The notes under the pieces are model-generated. The model searched no databases. It had not been told where the DNA came from and was given only the letters and a program-made list of their open reading frames with translations. The position numbers and the translations under genes were made by a program. From a virus (taxonomy: Duplodnaviria > Caudoviricetes): a stretch of 60,846 nucleotides of DNA. The stretch is taken from positions 1-60,846 of the IMG/VR virus record IMGVR_UViG_3300020473_002126; one strand, 5' to 3'. This document shows positions 58,201 through 60,846 of the stretch, piece by piece (the stretch's first letter is position 1; the number at the start of each line of letters is the position of its first letter).

Positions 58201-60846
58201 TAGATCTACCAAAACTGCTAATCTTCCCGGATTAATCCGCCCAGGAGGACCTATCGAGATAGGAGACTACACAGGCTTTGTGTATTATAACTTTCTCGCA
58301 GGGAAGTGGGAACAGATAGGCCTCTACGATCCTGCTTCAGGGGCAAGAATTCACTTCGATTATGCGAGTAGTGTTGAGTCCAGTGCCAACAGGTCGGGAA
58401 GGTCAGATACAGTTATTTCAGCATCTTACCCACAACAGTTTAAGCCCCCACCAAGAACCCGCGTGGCAGGAAGCTATCTTCAGGAACATTCATACGTTAC
58501 AACTGGCAGGCCCTCTATACATGCGATGGCGCCACACGGGGTAAAATATCATGCGACATCTTCACAGGTAGTAAAGGTTTCAGACTATATAAAACAACCT
58601 TTCCTCTTAGAGCGAATTCGTGTAGAACTTCCTGTTCAAGCTTTTAAAGCCTTTGGTGGCGACAACGCATCATCATACACAGATAAGAATTATGCCGGCG
58701 GCTCTGCCGGTGATTACTACTCTGCAGTGGGTCGAGTCATGCACAGGCAGATTCATTGTGAAGACAGTATGGTGTTCTTCATCTATCGTCAAACCAGACC
58801 AAAGTTTCCTCACATTCGACCGACTAGATTTCCAAAGCACACAAACCAGCATGCAGGCTCGGCATATGATGAAGATAATCTTAAAAAATATACACACCCC
58901 CTCGTAGTGTCAGGAACTGAAAGATACTTGATATGCTCGGGCGTTGCAACATTCTATAATGATACACGCCATGCAGTTGATTCGGTAAAAGCGCAAGGAA
59001 CTAACGCTATAACTGCATCGAACTTTCCAAATGATTATGAACCACAACACGGACCGGCTTGGAGTCACAACTGGGAACATAAGCTCACACTGACAGAGCA
59101 GGAGTGGTCTGACCAAGTAGCATCTGGCACTCAGAACGGAGTGTATACAGGTTCGATAATAATGGACATAATCCCGGCTGTTCAGGGCAGATTAAGTCTA
59201 GGCCAGTTTCAAGTATTTGGCCCTGGTGCATACGCTAATGGTTACGACACATCGGGAGGGTCCTCTGGCGGACCCGCATCAAAGGTCAGGCACTTTACCT
59301 CAAAGCACAAAGACAGGAGTGTTTTGTACGGCTTCTGGCCAGGCGGTACAGGCTGGAAGAACATTTTCCCATACAGACATACAGGAAAGACCAACTTCCG
59401 GGGTGATGGGGGGCAAGGAAACCTGACAGGCTCAGCCGGAATGGACTTTGTTAAAGCACTTATAACCGGAGAAGCCAAAGGCCAGTACAGCTTGCCCTTT
59501 GCAGATGTTGACGACTGCAGAACAATAAATAGAGCAGGTAGGCCTGTCGATGTTCTGTATCCCGTGACACTTTCAAATACTTCCGCCGGCGGCGGACCCA
59601 CATGGGCTGCCTCAGGCTCTGGTGATGACCCAACACAGCGACAGCATCCATATCTTTTGATGCCCGAAGATGAGCTTGTGTTCGGCATAGATTATCTACC
59701 CATGATAACTGAATACGGCTTGCAAGCCAATGAGATGTCTGGTTCGTACATAAAGCTGCTTTCAACAGGATCAGCTACAGTTACATTTTATGGATCGTTT
59801 TTCAAAGAAGGGAAACCGTATACGCCATCACTAAATCAGAACCTGACGTCAGATGCTGTTCATGAAGTAGTAGGAAACGATCCCGTAATAGATCAGTACA
59901 TGATAGCACCGAGAGATCAATATTCTGGATCTTATATCGATAATTTATTCCGCGGCCCACCAGGAATCAAGGGTCTAGTTGATGGGTGGCACGGCGGCAA
60001 ATTCAAAACTGCGTTTAGTGGTAATATGCAGGGAGCCACCCGACGACGTTGGCGACAGAGTATTGTAGGTGGTGATATCTGGAAAGTACTTTCAGAACCT
60101 GTCAAGATACTGCTTTCAGGCGCCCGCTACGAAGACGCCCTTAGTAAAGGCAAGATGGTAATGCAGTTCAGCCCTACTCCGTACGGCGCCCCAGCCTGGG
60201 GATCAAAGCATGGTGGGACCACACGTGCTGACATGGGTGTGGCAGGAAATGCAGGCAGGACGTGGTATGAAAAGGAGAATGTTTCAGGCCAGTACAGCAT
60301 GAACGGCTTCCCCGGGTGGCACGGTGGGGAGGATGAATTCGGATCTTCTTCATCTTATTATTACAGCACCCGAGGCTCTGGGATTCATTCAAAATACAAT
60401 AAAGGTGGCAACTGGGTATTTCACAACAACATTCAGTCTACTGCTAAGCCCTTTCCTGCTAGTTTGCTGAGAGGTGTACGTCTAACAACTCAAAACGAGA
60501 GATATTATGATTCGCTAATTCCTCATCTAGGACAATATGCAAAGGCTCATAAGGGTCATGTCATTATGGGAAGAAATCATGTAGATACTAAAGCAACCAG
60601 GCGCCCAGCAATTTCACTGCCTCATCAAACAAGAATAGGCTACACAGGATCATTCTTTGACCACGGTGGCCTCACGCATGCATTTTCGCCTTCCGGGCTG
60701 ACATTTAAGGACAGCTTTAAGACCCCGATGTGGACTAATATTTACTATTACCAAGCTCGATGTTGGACTAAGTCTGTTAGCAGACCTCAAAATACGTCCA
60801 AAGCCCATGGCTTCATGGTAGAACCTACTGATCGTGCAGGTTGGGA
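55256..60846 (+). CDS. Very large multi-LamG virion protein, 3' truncated (at least 1863 aa)
   Basis: ATG 55256 overlaps the upstream TGA. Hand translation gives MSDTRLNRQKLVNFHPTGS..., PDKWYHLAISR (~55960), WHHIAFVYRG (~57300) and ...HGFMVEPTDRAGW at the window end in the same frame. Its absence from the ORF track fits having no stop in the window. Confidence 0.88.
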   Translation, partial: MSDTRLNRQKLVNFHPTGSNIVSALNGSHWDGSTTKRPLMYLSMNDVSGTDIGASGGYLHDRSGQANHAEIYHATGTNATGKPSTWHHEDVPWGPSLRRGIHKYSIQINEMTGSKTAANWNLHWAAATNQTTARIYHPVSINLTKSDGTVATGQSEDIVFENEYTSMVWIKPSRSIFTTVDGDKVGMALFNFTNQEMLWYRLEDGALAWEVDDPASGRDDEYNYQLRTKKKSLLKPDKWYHLAISRDVKGGKPPRIYLNGKRLTLDFNVSWGGSSNTDGLPGSSTNYISHIFGAWTENRWDVNPDDSDGYVNKRHFIGRIAQWITWPIQLSDRDIYTIYGACLGAYERKSGVLDVIPQRERLYIQDNKTGSYPTIQRSGIDNRHGSYNVSYDDTNTIIFKKHADIFPGELDKVNKGAVRKERLMAWWRLQNLAASSSHTSWKGRIKIGTTLYNDVATSMVGNGSMVNITGSKGHPGAGDQRLLDSGQWGLTGTLFGNATFTTDQRFAKSFTTSSKGPFTKPREEDLKLMSPDQLSRWGGQRALFLPQTGTMASYVSFTDNVVPKMRLVRDFKNGRRRDKPWTMSMWFKVQDKGNHHDDAISNDYHGFFTIENDTSGTLSRARIKRDLDTGRWSIKWWVYGIDDETADLSTVSVETNNLYANGQYFKTVPTGSLPNRGLPEGWHHIAFVYRGGKVRRSNAHWRGKIKSLFKLVGFLPIVNPKVRGGRMQIWLNGKQLVTSATLGNVNSFKRIKEPHPTISDGKNVVLGHYSVKAARTAANTGMTGSFSGSLAEVAFFDRALKKPGINRIVNNGKFTPEINVTDFPMMLDRDHPQMDRMPVTDLKTFGSTRPGISDTRVTFTKGDDLVPFDDRKTLIATGSNLIGTPSHIYPDLEAPLASKASFTVNITPKHDMVLTKWMHTGPAYGTAVGSWDDETAKHWNVGRSTLRAMAREYEGSDAISANENDGHNGSGGGSAGTHWLDSRSTKTANLPGLIRPGGPIEIGDYTGFVYYNFLAGKWEQIGLYDPASGARIHFDYASSVESSANRSGRSDTVISASYPQQFKPPPRTRVAGSYLQEHSYVTTGRPSIHAMAPHGVKYHATSSQVVKVSDYIKQPFLLERIRVELPVQAFKAFGGDNASSYTDKNYAGGSAGDYYSAVGRVMHRQIHCEDSMVFFIYRQTRPKFPHIRPTRFPKHTNQHAGSAYDEDNLKKYTHPLVVSGTERYLICSGVATFYNDTRHAVDSVKAQGTNAITASNFPNDYEPQHGPAWSHNWEHKLTLTEQEWSDQVASGTQNGVYTGSIIMDIIPAVQGRLSLGQFQVFGPGAYANGYDTSGGSSGGPASKVRHFTSKHKDRSVLYGFWPGGTGWKNIFPYRHTGKTNFRGDGGQGNLTGSAGMDFVKALITGEAKGQYSLPFADVDDCRTINRAGRPVDVLYPVTLSNTSAGGGPTWAASGSGDDPTQRQHPYLLMPEDELVFGIDYLPMITEYGLQANEMSGSYIKLLSTGSATVTFYGSFFKEGKPYTPSLNQNLTSDAVHEVVGNDPVIDQYMIAPRDQYSGSYIDNLFRGPPGIKGLVDGWHGGKFKTAFSGNMQGATRRRWRQSIVGGDIWKVLSEPVKILLSGARYEDALSKGKMVMQFSPTPYGAPAWGSKHGGTTRADMGVAGNAGRTWYEKENVSGQYSMNGFPGWHGGEDEFGSSSSYYYSTRGSGIHSKYNKGGNWVFHNNIQSTAKPFPASLLRGVRLTTQNERYYDSLIPHLGQYAKAHKGHVIMGRNHVDTKATRRPAISLPHQTRIGYTGSFFDHGGLTHAFSPSGLTFKDSFKTPMWTNIYYYQARCWTKSVSRPQNTSKAHGFMVEPTDRAGW

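Noticed and set aside
55830-60392. Short ORFs listed in the last 5 kb, and other short ORFs nested in or antisense to long genes
   Set aside because: They are shadows of well-supported long genes and show no motifs or ribosome-binding sites
1-60846. Eukaryotic giant virus (NCLDV) origin
   Set aside because: Shine-Dalgarno sites, overlapping operons, sigma70 promoters, gp25/gp6 baseplate and an S74 fibre indicate a tailed bacteriophage
1-60846. Stop codon reassignment
   Set aside because: Genes are full length under the standard code, and TAA, TAG and TGA all end genes at tight junctions
1-60846. tRNA, rRNA, integrase or transposase genes, introns and inteins
   Set aside because: None recognised by eye; intergenic gaps are mostly too short. 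A tRNAscan/Infernal run would be needed to exclude them formally.

Overview
The window is best read as a 60.8 kb piece of a large T4-like or jumbo myovirus genome, AT-rich, standard genetic code, with nearly all genes on the + strand and often coupled by ATGA/TAATG overlaps. From left to right it holds: (1) the 3' part of a probable structured non-coding RNA; (2) a three-gene MotA/TolQ/ExbB + ExbD-like membrane cassette; (3) probable internal head proteins, the UvsE UV endonuclease, a tubulin/FtsZ GTPase, a Cys-rich sigma-region-4 protein and PIN-PhoH; (4) two long tail fibres, the second ending in a peptidase S74 chaperone; (5) a 230 bp palindrome-dense spacer, possibly an origin; (6) a ~24 kb glycosylation region with glycosyltransferases, methyltransferases, a radical SAM enzyme, NeuB, two NeuA-type cytidylyltransferases, two sialyltransferase/Maf-fold proteins, HAD phosphatases, Ugd and an epimerase; (7) a gp55-like sigma candidate; (8) a baseplate module with spike, gp25, gp6 and large LamG proteins, the last of which (55256 onward, at least 1863 aa) runs off the window and is missing from the ORF track. 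The leading hypothesis is a phage-encoded system that O-glycosylates the virion with ulosonic (sialic-like) acids, with a strongly enriched [S/T]-G-[S/T] tripeptide in exposed structural proteins as the candidate acceptor motif. All family calls come from motif recognition by eye; no database searches or folding programs were run.
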